Below are positions 49,713-63,261 of a stretch of 64,000 nt of DNA, one piece after another (the stretch's first letter is position 1; each line of letters opens with the position of its first letter). The translations under genes were made by a program, and so were the position numbers. A model generated the notes under the pieces. The model did not search any database. It was not told the DNA's origin and saw only the letters and a program-made list of their open reading frames with translations. Source of the stretch: Amoebidium appalachense (Eukaryota; Protista; Ichthyosporea); contig CAVNZM010000006.1 in the NCBI GenBank assembly GCA_963693365.1, positions 11,652,481 to 11,716,480 of the forward strand, given 5' to 3'.

Positions 49713-51038
49713 ATATAGAATTTACCGTCCTCATCCCCGTGTCCCCCTAAACCGGTGTTAGCAGACCTTTGAGGTTTTTGTGATTGGATTGGTAGTTCTA
49801 TTACATTAAAAGTTTCAAAATGTCGTTGTACCAATGATATAATACGTTGTAAAACAAATGTCGCCGAATTTCTCTAAAAAATGTGCGTTCCATTCTGGGT
49901 TAGAAACCAAAACAGTTTTGATACGGGAATCACCTGATCTCTGCCGTCATTCAGCCCAGCGCGTTCACAGTGAATCCGAAACCGCTGGTTTTTTTCTTTT
50001 TATGTCAAAGCCCCGAGTACGTACATCCTCTCGGGCCCAACTTTACGGCACTATATTTCAATTTTCTCATTATCAAATATATAGTTATTTTAGGCTTTTT
50101 CATTAGTATCGCAAGAATATTCAGCGATTTTGATGTCATAAAAACAACTAAGCAACGTTTCGATGGTTTTTGATGCCTCACAAAATGGCCTTTGGTCCCC
50201 TCCAAATTCCGGATTTGAGGTCCGGCAAACAACGCATTATATATATTGATAATACGATGACGGTCTTCCTTGTCTACTACACGTTATGCAGCCGCGCCGG
50301 AAGACTTACATATCCAGCCTAACAGACCTCCGTAAACCTTCTATGTATGGAACTAAATACTTGGTAGCGCCACCGTCTCACTCTGACGCGCTGTTATTAC
50401 GAGGGTTTGTCAAATGTCATGCAAAGTACATCTCTTTAAATTTGCACAAATAACAGGAGAATGAGTTTCGCCTGCACGTGATCACGAAGGGCTAGAGTCT
50501 GCTAGCGCGCTGTGACAAACACACGCATTTGCCCAAGCACGCAACCAAAATTGCCCCGTTCATCCCTGGACCGGCGGCCAGTACACCCTGATAGTTCTCG
50601 TATGTAGAAGTTATCATTATGTCGTATACGTATTTCTGCTTCTTCGCAATTATCGTCATCACCGGTACGTGTACACTGATAATATTGTATGCTGTATGTT
50701 GACATGTCGAAAAACTCTATATTAGTGATATAGCTCGATATAGCTCATGTGATGTCCGGACCTTCAAAGTGTATGTGCAGGGAATATTCGTGTATGGACA
50801 GTCCCTATAGTCAAGCTGGTACAGTGTCACGTGGTTGCACACACGGCAAGGAGAGTACAAACGGCCATGATTGCTTTCTTATGTACATAGCAAGAGGCCA
50901 TGCGCCCCTTACTAACACTCTTTCCCAAAGGCTTCGTCCCAAAAGTACAAACACTGCAAACCAAGATCTTGTAACGCCCAAAACAAAGTATCCGCCGGTC
51001 CGCTCTAGAGCTGCCCATATCCCCGTTTCCACAACACA

Positions 51039-51450
51039 CTATGCCGGCCGGTGCAGCTTCTGGGCTTCGTCGTGTGCCGCCTGATCGTCAGCGTTGGCAA
51101 TGGGCATGGCCAGTGCACGTGCGTACCATTCCTGCAGCTCCCGGTCAGTCACTGTGCGTGCCTGTCTGGTGTGTGCCTGTCTCTGCCTGTGCACGGTGTG
51201 TGCCTGTCTCTGCCTGTGCACGGTGTGTGGCTGTCTAGTGTGTGCCTGTCTCTGCCTGCGCATATCTGTCTGCTAGTCACGCAGTCAGCGGGCTGGCCGC
51301 TAGTGGGGGCCTACACACCTGCGCCTCCTTGGCCAGACCCAGCCTGTCGTACGTCTTGCCGATGTACAGCGCGTTCTGCCCAGCACACACAGGTCAGCGC
51401 TGCTTTCCAGCCCACCCACCAGTCAAGCCTGGCCAGTGCTGAGCCACGAA

Positions 51451-51481
<31 letters not shown>

Positions 51482-53358
51482 CCCCTCTCCAAATACCAAC
51501 ACACCTCCCAAACCACCTTCACACCAAAGCTGCAAGGGAAAATAAACGGCCTGCTACCCAGACCACTGAACTATGGATCAACCCGCTTCCACAAAACAGT
51601 GCCCGAGACTTGTTAATTTTTAGGCCTTCTTATCCTCAGGGCCCACACCACCCAACAGCGTCAACCCACTTCCCCACCCACACCACCCAAATATTGACCC
51701 CACCCACCCAACCCAAGTCTTAACCCCACCCACACCACCCAAGTGTTGACCCCATCCACACCACGCAACCAAAGGGCACCTTCTTGTAGAAGCCCGGCTG
51801 CTTCTCCTCGGCCAGGTGGAACCTGTACAGCGCCTGCTCAAAGGTGGTCTCGGGGGGTGCAGCAAAGATCGTGGCCGCCACCTTGCGGGTGTACCTGTAC
51901 CTTGGCCTCCCACCTGAGACACGTGTGTGCGTGGTGCAGAGTGCAAGCTCACGGGGAGGCAAAGCCATGTTTGTCGACAGTGACAATTTATGACCAGGAA
52001 TCACGAGAATGTTTGTGTGGAGGAACGGACTGTGCCTGTGCCCTAGAGGGGCTGACTGTGATGTGCCTACGTCTATGGGCTGTGAGTGTCCAAGCAATTT
52101 GAAAGGGGGTATGGCGGCCGCAACAAGCACTGAGTCCCTGCACCCCGTAAACCAGCACGTTTTGAACGTGGGGTGTGCAGCCCCACACCGGGGGAGGGGG
52201 GGGGGGGGGGGGGGGGGGGTGGAGGGGAAGAAGGGAGGGAGGGGGAGCGGGGGGGGGAGCACCAAGGCATGTCTGCAATGGTGAAGTGCCACAGGCCCAG
52301 CAGGTGCTGGGTAGTGGCGTCACTGGGGTTGAGCGCTGCCGCCCGCTCAAAGTGCTCGCGCACCAAAAAGGCGTTCTCTATCTTCTTGGTGACCCTGCAC
52401 CGCCCCTGTCAGGTGGCTATCGCTAATAATCTCCTTCGTTATTCCTGCCCTTCCCCCTCCCTCCCCTTCTCCCTCCCCTCCGGGACAGCAGTTAGTCTCT
52501 GGCAGCCCAGACAGACCCTTGCATAGCCTTTGCTGTAGCAGGTTTACGTCGCAGATAGTGCAACACCACAACTTACCAACCTGCTGCCCTCCCCCTCCTC
52601 CCGCTCCTAAATTCACAAACACACATGCATAAACCTCGTGCTGTCTGCCACAAGGACTTCTCCTTAGCACCCCTGTCAACTTCTTCCAGACACCATCACA
52701 CAACACACAACAGCCCGCCTTACCCACTGCACCTGTACACGCACAGTCACCCCGAGCACGCCTTGTCCTGCGCCCACCTACATACCCCTCATAGTCGCCG
52801 ACGGCACTGAGGGCTATGGCGTACCACTTGTGTGCCGCATACGAGGTGTCGTCGTGCTGCAGCGCCTGCACCCAGCAGTTAGCGTGCAGGAGTGCTGGCG
52901 GGGGTGGAGAGGGGGGGGAGTCGGGGGTAGGAGGGTTAAAAGGGAGAGGGGGGGGAATGGGAGGGAACCTCTTTTGCCCAGTGCAGGGCCTCCTGGGTCA
53001 GACGTTGGCGGTCGGCCTGCTGTGTGCTTGCCTGGGCAAGGTCGTAGGCTGCACGCGCCATACGCCACAGCGCCTGCGTGTTGCCGGGCTGCCGCGCCAC
53101 CAGGCGGGCCACATAGGCGTAGACCTGCGCCTTGTCCCCGGCCCCGCCACCGTACAGCGCCTCGGCCCCCTCCACGGTTTCGGCTGCGGCCTCGCACAGC
53201 GCCAGGCCCAGGCCCCCGGCCGCAGTGCCCCCCAGCAGCAGCGGCAGGCCCACGGCCCTGGCTGGCCGCCACGTGTGCCTGCCCGCCTGCCGCGCTGCCG
53301 CAGCCACACTGTGGCGGCCAGCAAGGTGCACCACCGCCAGCAAGCGCCGTGCCCACAT
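51039..53358 (-). CDS. RMDN1: Regulator of microtubule dynamics protein 1 (RMD-1/FAM82, TPR-like)
   Basis: Exons: 53358-52969 (Arg-rich N-terminus, hydrophobic anchor, LWRMARAAYD), ~52866-52786 (AAHKWYAIAL), ~52394-52263 (KIENAFLVREHFERAAALNPSD...LLGLWHFTIADMPW), ~51894-51780 (RKVAATIFAAPP.TTFEQAL..F..AE...PGFY), ~51375-51319 (NALYIGKTY), ~51131-51039. Confidence 0.92.
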
Positions 53359-53399
53359 AGTGCCGCCACACGCACGTCGAAGGCAGACTCACCGTGCAA

Positions 53400-53940
53400 G
53401 TGCACGCTACAAAGGCACAAGGGGCAGCCGGGGTCACAGGAAACAGGAGAGAACTTGCTGTGCCGCTGCCCCGCTGCAGAGGAGAGAAACTCATGATCAT
53501 GGTGAGAGCACCGTGGTGTATCTGCAAACTAGGCCCTGGCAATTTGCGCAAGCAGTTCGGAATGCTACTAAAATTAGAAAGCGAAATGTTTGCGCAAACA
53601 ATAGCGCAAACACGCACATGTCTCCGTGGCACCGGTACCGTACGGCGTGCATGCACGTAGTTCGTGCACGTACGGTGAGCGTACGGTGCTACACGGTGCA
53701 CCGAGTGTGGTCATTCAGTCTGGTGCAGATATAATTCACTACTTCACTGGTAGTAAAACTTGCGTGAGCCCCTTACGTGGCAGCCAGGGCAATTGTTTTG
53801 TGGCCTGTGTGCTGCGCCCACCTCGCACGCATCGTCTAATGTGTACACATTAGCCTCGTCCGCACCTCCCAGTCAGTAGCCCGTCACTGCCCACGCGGCC
53901 GTGTCTCCCTTGCCCGTGTGGCCACGCGCAGGCAGCAACC
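53400..53940. promoter_or_regulatory. Divergent promoter region RMDN1 / AGK
   Basis: About 600 bp between head-to-head ATGs, with palindromes TTGCGCAA (53544-53551) and TGTTTGCGCAAACA (53587-53600). Confidence 0.55.
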
Positions 53941-53956
53941 GTGCGAACGTGCCGCC

Positions 53957-56900
53957 ATGAAGGCGGCCTGGGCGCTGGCCAAGCGCCACTGGAAGAAGGT
54001 GCGCCACAGCACGCAAACACGTGACCACATGCGCGGGCACGCTTGCCAAGCACGCATGCACAGGCAGAGGCACATGGCAGCCGGGAACACGCACATACAA
54101 CACGCGCACGTGGTCTGCTGGGCCCACATGCACACACGCACCAAACGCTATGTCTGCCGGGCCTGCACGCCTCCTGGCCTGCCGCAAACACACTTCACAC
54201 ACACTCCAGCACGCTGTGTGTCGGGCACAAAGACACACTGACACGCACACAAACCTGTGGCCTGTTGCGTGCACACCCACCTCCTTGCCCTGCATACACA
54301 CTCAAGGGCACGTGGCCTGCCACGCACACACGCGCCAGCACGCGAGGGAACACACACAAACACGTGGGGGGGCTGCAGGCGGCAGCAGTCAGTGTTGCGG
54401 CCTACGCCAGCAACTATGCCGCCAGACGCTACCGCACCACACAGGTCCTTCCCCCCCCCTTCCCCCCCCCCCCCCCCCCCCCCCCCCCCTTTGGGAGCAC
54501 CACCTCAGCCAGCATAACCGTAAACGTGCCCTTATAAGTAGACAAAGTTGCAGGGGCGAGCACCACACACTCTCACTCACCAGGGCGAGCACCACACACT
54601 CTCAAGCATCGCATGCCCGCACCAGCACACACAGGCCCACTCGCCTGCCCAAGTTTGACACACACGCATCGCACAAGTGCACACATCACACAGGAGTTCG
54701 GGCACGTTCAAACGTGAGGAACACACAAACACAGAAGCACACAGGCATATAAAAACACCGTACCGTGACATCCGCGTGTGCCTGCAACCTTGTGTGTGCA
54801 TACGCACAAACTGTGCATACGCACAAACGACGTGGGTTCGTGCACATTCACGCACACACACTTCTTGTAGACACCCACACACGAAACACACACACATACA
54901 GACGGCCAGCACACACACACATGACCAGCGGCGTGTCCTGTCGGGTGCCAGCTGCACTTCCTACTGACGTGCCTACGGCCAGCACAGATGCACAGTTACA
55001 CACACACACGCCCACACCCTTCCTTGCACATTTGCATTCATCCGCATACGGCCATATTTGTAAGCCCGGTTATATGTTGGAACCACTACGCCGACATCCG
55101 CACCCATACTCCCACACAGTCCTCTACACACCCTCGAACGTTCCGGCACCTGCCCTGTGCGTGCACAACCACGCATCCACACCCCTTAAAACACACAACG
55201 TCCTCCATCTGTACCCCCGTTACCTGTGTCCATCCAAAAATCCTTGCATATTGATGTGAACGTCGTTAAAGAATCAGGCACCAACCATATACCGGCACAC
55301 CCTTACATAATAATACACCCACCCTATGGAATATCTACCATACACGTACACCCACCATATTGAGCATCTACCATACACACACACCCACCATATATATTTA
55401 CCCTTCCACATTCATCCACCCACCCTATTGCACACACCCACACCCACATACACACCTGCCCATCCATGCACACGTGGACATGCAGACACCCTACTTCATT
55501 AAGGTAGTGGCACCCCCCCCCCCCCCCCCCCCCCCCTTTGCTCACCCCGGCACACTGCAGGGGCGGATCATTATGCAGACTGAGGCGGTGGTAGGTGCCC
55601 CCCTGTTTCCTCCGTGGCTCCATATTCCCCCCCTGTTCCCTCTCTGGCTCCATATTCCCCTCCTGTTTCCTTTGTGGCCCCACATCCCCCCCTGTTTCCT
55701 CTGTGACCCCACAGCCCCTCTGTGACCCCACAGCCCCCCCTGTTTCCTCTGTGGCCCCATACCCCCGGCAGGTTCCTTCTGCCCAACCCCTGTGCATGTG
55801 CTATCCCTAGGTGCATGCTTCACTCTATCCGTGCGTGCTTGCCTTGTGTGCTCCTTGTGGGTCCTGCGGGTTCTATCGTGTATGTGCCACATGTGCTGCG
55901 TTTGGATGCATGTGTGTGCTCCGCGTGTGTGCCTGTGTGTACTCGCTGTATGTGCGTGTGCTACGTGGAGAGTGCTTCATGTGTGTTCCTATGTGCTCTC
56001 CCTGTGCGTGCTCCTGTGTGCATCTGTGTCTGCTCCATGTGTCTGCTTGTGGGTGAAAACCTGTGCATGCTCCCTGTGTCTGTTTGTGCTCCCTGTGTGT
56101 ACCTGTGTGCCCTTCCTGTGCGTGTGCCTGTGTGTGTCCCTGTGTCTGTTTGTGCCTCCTGTGTGAGCCTGTGTGCTCTTCCTGTGTGTGTGCCTATGTG
56201 TACTCCCGGTGCGTGCACCCTGTGTGTCTATTCCTGTGTGTGCCCGTGCTCTCCCTGTGTGTGCCTGTGCCGTGCACTGACATCCATGCACAGGCCATAG
56301 GGGCTCAACCCCAGGCGCCATTGGAGCCCGTGCGCAAGGTGCTGGTGGTGCTGGACGTGCTCAGCGGCGACAGGCAAGGGGGATGAAAGGGGCGGGGGGG
56401 GGGGGGGGGGGGGAGGGGGGGGGAGGGAGGGGGGGGGGCGAGGGGGGGGGAGGAGGGAAGACGGTGGGAATGGAGTTGCCTGGGGGAGTGGCAGCAAGGG
56501 GGAGGGAGGGGGGGAGGGGGGAGGGATGTTGGGTGCTCACAGCATGGGGTGCAGGGGGGCACGTGAACTGTTTGCGGCGGACGTGGCACCAATTCTGCAC
56601 CTGGCCGGCATACTGGTGGAGGTGGTGGAGACGAGGGACAGGGGCCAGGCCAAGGACACGGCCAGGTGGACAGCTGGGGCCCTGGCTGGGGCCGGTGGGT
56701 GGGCAGGGGCTGACAGGTGCGCAGGCAGGTGGACCTGAAGGGCACCGACGGGGTGCTGGTGGTCGGTGGGGACGGCACCGTGCAGGAGTTTGTGACGGGC
56801 TGGATGCGGTGCGTGTCTGGGGCAGGGGGGCTATGCAGATGTTGGGGGGATGTGGGAGAGCAGGCGGGTATGGTTTGTGCGCGGGGGTGACGCAGGAACA

Positions 56901-57064
56901 ATCATCTAGGTTGTTGGTGGGGGACGGGGGGGGAGGGGGGTGTAGGAGGTGGATGTGTGCGTTGCCAGGGTGTGTGTGTGTGTGTGGGGGGGGGTATTTG
57001 TATCTTTTTTTTTTTTTTTTGGGGGGGGGGGGGGGGTTGGAGTGGAGAAATGGGGGGGGGGGGG

Positions 57065-57109
<45 letters not shown>

Positions 57110-58000
57110 GGGGCACGGGTGTGAGGTGTTAGCAAGTAGGGAGTTCTGGTACTGCCGTCTTCTTGTTCGGAGCTGGTGTTGTGTGTGTGTGTGCCAACTG
57201 CACTTGCATTGCACGGTATGGGGCACTGCCTGTATGGGGCCCTGCTTGGACCACACATTTCTGCCACGATAACGGCATGGCCCACCTGGGCAGCATGGAG
57301 CCCATGCATGCTGTCTGACCGTGGACTGTTCCTGCAGGCGGGAGGACACGGGGGCGGGCCGGGCCATACCGCTGGGGCTTGTGCCCGTGGGGGACCACAA
57401 CACCGCCAGCGGCGCCCTGTTAGGCCCCAGCCCCAACCTCAGCCTGCGCCTGGGCCGCGCCGCACTGGCCGTGGCACGCGGGTGGGTGGCAGCCTTGCAT
57501 GGCGGCTGGTGCCTGGCCGTTTAGATGTGGCGGCGGTCACTGGTCCCCAATGCAGCCCCCCCCCCCCCCCCCCCCCAGGACAGACCACTGTGTGGAAACC
57601 GCTTTACTTCCATGCAACCGGGCATGGTTGCTCTGTGTCGTGCATCTGTAAGCACATATGCATTTTTCGCTGCACTGCTTTAGTTTACACACACATCTTC
57701 ACCGTTTTGCTCACCTTGCTTGCATAAGCAACCCTGCTCGTCTTTGATCAAGACGGGTTGACCCTCCCAAGTTCAGTTCATGCTGCTGTCTGAGTTGGAG
57801 AGTCGTATATATGCGGGCTAAGGGGTCGAAACTCAGACGCAATTGATGACTTGGGCCCTCCCTGAGGATGGGCTCTGCTTATGACGCATACTGTGCGCAT
57901 GGCTGATGTTGCATACTTGAATGTTTGCCTTTGCATGTGTCCTGCACCATGCTTCTCATCGTGTATGCGTACTTCGTACCGTGTTCCGCATTCAACCCCC

Positions 58001-58031
<31 letters not shown>

Positions 58032-58970
58032 AGGCACACACACCGGCACATGCTGTGAAACAGGCATTTTTCGGGCTTCTACAAGCACTTTTTGCTTTGT
58101 AAATGCCCACAGGCGGGTCCAAGCCTGCAGCCACAGACACTTGCACGCTCTTCCCCGTGGTGTGCACACGGCTGCGGGCACTTGTTTAGACTTGCGTATA
58201 AACATGTGTGCAAAATGCCCACTGCGCATGCATGCTGCACGCACTGACTGGGCACATTGCAGAACCACCCGGCACGTGGACCTGCTGCAAATTGCAAACC
58301 CCGCAGGGCAGACCGTGCATGCCCTGGCCTACATGGCCTGGGGCCTCCCTGCAGCCCTGGTGAGTGCGGGTGGCCGGGGCACACTGAGGGGTTGTGGCAG
58401 TGAATGGGGCACTCGCATGTGCATGCATCAGTGGCACGTTATGGTGTCGATTGGAGGGCGCCGCTTGCACCTATGGCACATGCACACATGGCACATGTGC
58501 ACATTACAATAGTTAGTCACACTTCGTGTTGCCGCATGCACCCATACTCTCGATGGCACGGCACACAGCTCGTGCTGACATGTTCCCCATCGAGGGTACC
58601 GCTTTCATTGAGTTAAAGGTGATGAGGTGAGGTGATGTGCCGGTTGGCCTGGGGGTAGTGGCTCTGGCAGTGGGTAGATGAATGGTGGCGCCGGGCTCAA
58701 GAGGCGGTTAATGAGTGTGTGCAGGCATGCCTTTGTGCTTGCTTGCATGTGTGCATGGGTGGGGCATGATGGTGCAGGTGCGGAAGGCTTGACACTACGG
58801 GGCATTTTAAAAAAGAAAAACGGAAGGGAGAAAGGAAAGTAAAAGAATGTAGAAGGAGTAGGTCCGTAAATGGTTTCATATTTATTTACATACATGTTGG
58901 GCTTGTTGACTTTGCGTGTGTGTGTGTATGTGTGTGTGGTTAAGAGGGGGGGGGGGGGGGGGGGGGGGGA

Positions 58971-59018
<48 letters not shown>

Positions 59019-59624
59019 GGGGGGGGGGAGGGGAGGGGGGAGGGGTAGGGTGGTAATAGGGCGTTTAGGGTTGCTGCTGCTTCTGCCTATCTGTGTGCAC
59101 GCGAGTGCCTTTGTGCATGTGCATGCTTGTGTGCGTGAGCATAACACACACCAAGGGTAAAGAGGGGGGGGTTGGAGGGGATGCGTGTGATGGGGCAAAG
59201 TCGGCGGGAATTTGAGGCCAGAAGGACACGAAGAAGGGTGGCAGCTGAGCACACAGGGAGCACACTGACTGAGCCCCCTGCGCAGATTGCGGATACCTTC
59301 AACCCCTACTCGCGGTTCTCTCGTGGCAGGTAAAGGTGTTTGTGTGTGTGAGCAGGTATGTAGGTGGGTGGTGTTGCCCTGTGGGCAGGTATGTAGGTGG
59401 GTGGTGTTGCCTTGTGGGCAGGTATGTAGGTGGGTGGTGTTGCCTTGTGGGCAGGTATGTAGGTGGGTGGTGTTGCCCTGTGGGCAGGTATGTAGGTGGG
59501 TGGTGTTGCCCTGTGGGCAGGTATGTAGGTGGGTGGTGTTGTACTGTGGGCAGGTATGTGGGTGGGCGGTGTTGCACTGTGGGCAGGTAGCTTTTAGTGT
59601 TTCAGCAGATCCTCCCCCCTTCCG

Positions 59625-59663
<39 letters not shown>

Positions 59664-59726
59664 CCCTCCCTCTCTCACCCACCGCTCGGTTTGTTGAATG
59701 CGTATTTCATTATCTGTGATGCATTC

Positions 59727-59767
<41 letters not shown>

Positions 59768-60769
59768 CCCCCCTCCCCCCCCCCCCCTCCCCCCCTCCCC
59801 CCCCTCTCCGCCGAGGCCCTCCCCCCCGAGGATGAATTCATGTAATAACAGCTGCCCTTCCCCCCACAATGAAGCCATTTCCCAGCCCGCCCTATGCCCT
59901 GGAGCTGACAGGGGGGTTGCTGCAGGGCCAAGTTTGCAGCGCTCAAGAATGTGCTGGCCAGTGGGGCCACTCCCCAGTACCGGGCCGAGCTGACGCTAAC
60001 CAAAGACGGTCAGCGCCCCTGCCTGCTGGGCTGAACTGTGGGTTAGGGCCATGGTGGTGGCCGGGAGACATGTGGGCGTGTAGGTCGTGCACAGGAAGGG
60101 GCTGGTTGTGGACGCACGGTTGTGGAAACCATCCACAGCATACGTGTAGTGTGCTGGGGCATCCAATGATCTACGGGTGCCAGCCCACAAAGCGTTGGCC
60201 TGGGAGGTGAACAGGCCATGCACGTTGCTAGACGCTGGGGGTGGGGCATGCGTACTGACAGACAGGCGTACAGGCCAGACGGTGGCCAGGCAGGTGGACT
60301 TCACGGCCCTGACTGTGGCATCCACCGAGACCTGCAGGGGGCTGGTGGTGGCCCCGGGCCGGGCCATTGATGATGGGGTAAGCGTGCGCCTCCCATTGCG
60401 GTTTAGCTCCACTGCTGCATGCGCACACTCATTTCATCTCTGGTAGGGTGGTGTGTTGGTGCATGCTGTGGCAGTAGGGTGGTAGGGTAGTGTGTTGATG
60501 CATGCTATGGTGGTAAGGTGGTGTGTTGGTGCATGCCAAGGCAGTCGGGTGGTGTGCAGGTACATGATATTGGCGGGCTGACCATGGAAGGGAGAGACTG
60601 GTTATGCTGACATTCGGCCACAGCTGGTGAGCATCAGCATAGTGCAGGGCCCCCTGACGGCATGGGAGCTCTTCCGGAAGTGGCGGGCACTGGGAGCAGG
60701 TGCAACCCTAGCCTCGGCATTCGAAGTGCCAGACGAGGTGAGCAGAGATCTCTCCCCCCCCCCCCCCCC

Positions 60770-60831
<62 letters not shown>

Positions 60832-61295
60832 CTTCCCCTCTTGACCCACACACACAAACATGCAAAAATAAGCGCACAATTGCAGGATTTGTGTGCGTCT
60901 GTGCATTCTGCACGTTTGTGCAGGGCAGTAACGGAAAAGAGAAGCAAATATTGTCATCGCTTTTGTGGCGTACTTGCATTTACTCCCAGCAACCTCCTGA
61001 GCCTGTGTGTTATGCACAAGGATGTGCATTTGTGTTATGCACATCCTGCTCATACCTCCTGAGCATATGTGTTATGCACATCCTGTTCATACCTCCTGAG
61101 CATATGTGTTATGCACATCCTGTTCATACCTCCTGAGTATATGTGTTAGGCACATCCTGTTCATACCTCCTGAGCAGATGTGTTATGCACATCCTGTTCA
61201 TACCTCCTGAGTATATGTGTCATGAACCATCCTGTTCAGCACTTATGGTTGCGCTGCAGATTTTCTCAGTGGTGCCGTTCTGACCCTTCGTGACA

Positions 61296-61364
<69 letters not shown>

Positions 61365-61865
61365 ACACCCTCAGTCCCCAGCTACCAGTTCATTGTTTCA
61401 GCCTCGTTGATATATACCATTTTCGAACCTATCTGAATCAGTCTACACACTCTGTCGAAAGGTTTCTTCGTCTTTAAAAATTATTCACACGTGTGTGACT
61501 GTGAAAGACTGCTTGCTCGTCCTTACTTGTTTACGCATTTTTCTATCCTTGTTAATTGGATCCTACTACTCTTTGTGTCCTTGTTATTGCATTACTCTAA
61601 ACTCTGTATCCTTGTTCCTGGCTCTTCCATTCTCACTCTCCATGGTTTACTCGATTTTGCTTCATCGCTGTTAAACCACTCCACTGTGGTTCCTTGTTGG
61701 ACCATTATACTCTCTATTTCACCACTTCCTTGGCCTGGCAGCCCGCCCACATGCACCTACCCCACGTGTGCACACATTTACACACACATAAACATCAAAA
61801 AACATGAACACTCGGTTGACACGAATATACACGCACGCACGCACGCACGCACACACACATGCTTG

Positions 61866-61928
<63 letters not shown>

Positions 61929-62300
61929 ACACCCACACACACACACACCCACACCCCGGTCGCCTCATGCACCTACACCCTGAGGCCTCTTGCAGCCAGC
62001 TACATGCCCACGAGCCCTTTGTCAGAAAACAGGATTCCACAGGGCCTGGTTGCACACAGTTCCACACTTTGGTTTATTTGCCTGGTGATGTGTTTTTGTG
62101 CCCTGGCGGTGTACTGACGGCGGGGCTGCAGGACATGGCGGTGGTGCAGGAGTTCAAGGTCGTCCCCATGCAGGATGTGCCCCCCCGGTCTGCCGAACAC
62201 ACTGACAGTGACACGGGGCAGGTGTCCCATATCTATTTCCTTACATTATGGCTTGATTTTGCTGAGAACAGTTACTGGTCATCACATACACATTCTGAAT

Positions 62301-62352
<52 letters not shown>

Positions 62353-62636
62353 AAAAAAAAAAAAAGAACCGATCAACCTGATCAAAAGCAACCTATCATC
62401 ATGATCATCACATAGATATCCTAACACTACCTCCTCCTCCCTTTCCCTCTCCTCACCTCATGGTGGGTTGTTTGCCTGCCTGCCTGCGTCACGCGCAAGG
62501 CTCACAACTGGACGTGCTTCTCCACAGGGACTTGGCGGAGACTGCCGCAGTGCCGCTCAACATTGATGGGGAGGTCTTTGACAGCTTCCCTGTCCATGTC
62601 AAGGTGCTCCGCCAAAAGCTGCTGGTGTATGCATGA
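53957..62636 (+). CDS. AGK: Acylglycerol kinase (mitochondrial, DAGK-catalytic domain)
   Basis: First exon MKAAWALAKRHWKK (AGK-type HWKK); VRKVLVVL (56294-56373); LFAADVAPILHLAGILVEVVET...GQAK (56555-~56665); VLVVGGDGTVQEFVTG (~56725-56808); PLGLVPVGDHN (~57338-57480); VDLLQI...HALAYMAWG (~58263-58359); last exon NIDGEVFDSFPVHVKVLRQKL...* (62528-62636). The exon set between 58360 and 60625 is only partly resolved. Confidence 0.88.
57893..57995. repeat. Dispersed ~102-bp intronic element, copy 2
   Basis: Matches 35874-35975 and is preceded by a hairpin-rich unique segment (57730-57892). Confidence 0.92.
59356..59586 (+). repeat. 33-bp minisatellite x7; each unit begins GTATGT and ends GGGCAG
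   Basis: Units start at 59356, 59389, 59422, 59455, 59488, 59521 and 59554. Confidence 0.95.
60990..61240. repeat. 37-bp minisatellite (TGTTATGCACATCCTGTTCATACCTCCTGAGCATATG) x~6
   Basis: Tandem copies in an AGK intron. Confidence 0.92.
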
Positions 62637-63229
62637 TTCCCACGCACTCAAACGACTACTGGAATCCAGTCTGAGGCTGGTTGCATTGGTCCAACCCTAA
62701 GCTGTTGGGCTTGCTGGGCTCCGGATCCTCTCATGCAGATTACTTGTATGGACCCATATTCGTGTTTTGCAGCTTGCGTGCACATGGTCCACATGACTTG
62801 GTTTGAGCATAGCTCGTACGATAGATAACAATGCTCTCCATGTACTCACGCCGGGCTGGCATGGCATGCATCATTTACGTTGATAGATATAAAGCCATGG
62901 CATGACGTAGCTTCTGTCTGATGGAAATGAAGCACAGTACTTTGGGCAATGTCTCCATCCAATTTTTACTCAACCCACGAGCCTCAGGTTGGCATTTAGA
63001 AAACTCATTTCGTTGAGCCATGTGTTTGTTGTCGTCAAGGCTTGGTCTGTAAATATGATGCCAGATTCAATGAGAAGGAGCAAGTGCTGGTTCACTGCTC
63101 AAACTTTACATTCCTACTGATCATGAAGTGCTTGTTTTACCGTGCACGTCTTGATTTTGCATTCTTGCAGTTGTAAGCGAGGGCCGGGATGCTGGCTTTA
63201 GCTTAGGGTCTAGGGTTATATATATATAT

Positions 63230-63261
<32 letters not shown>

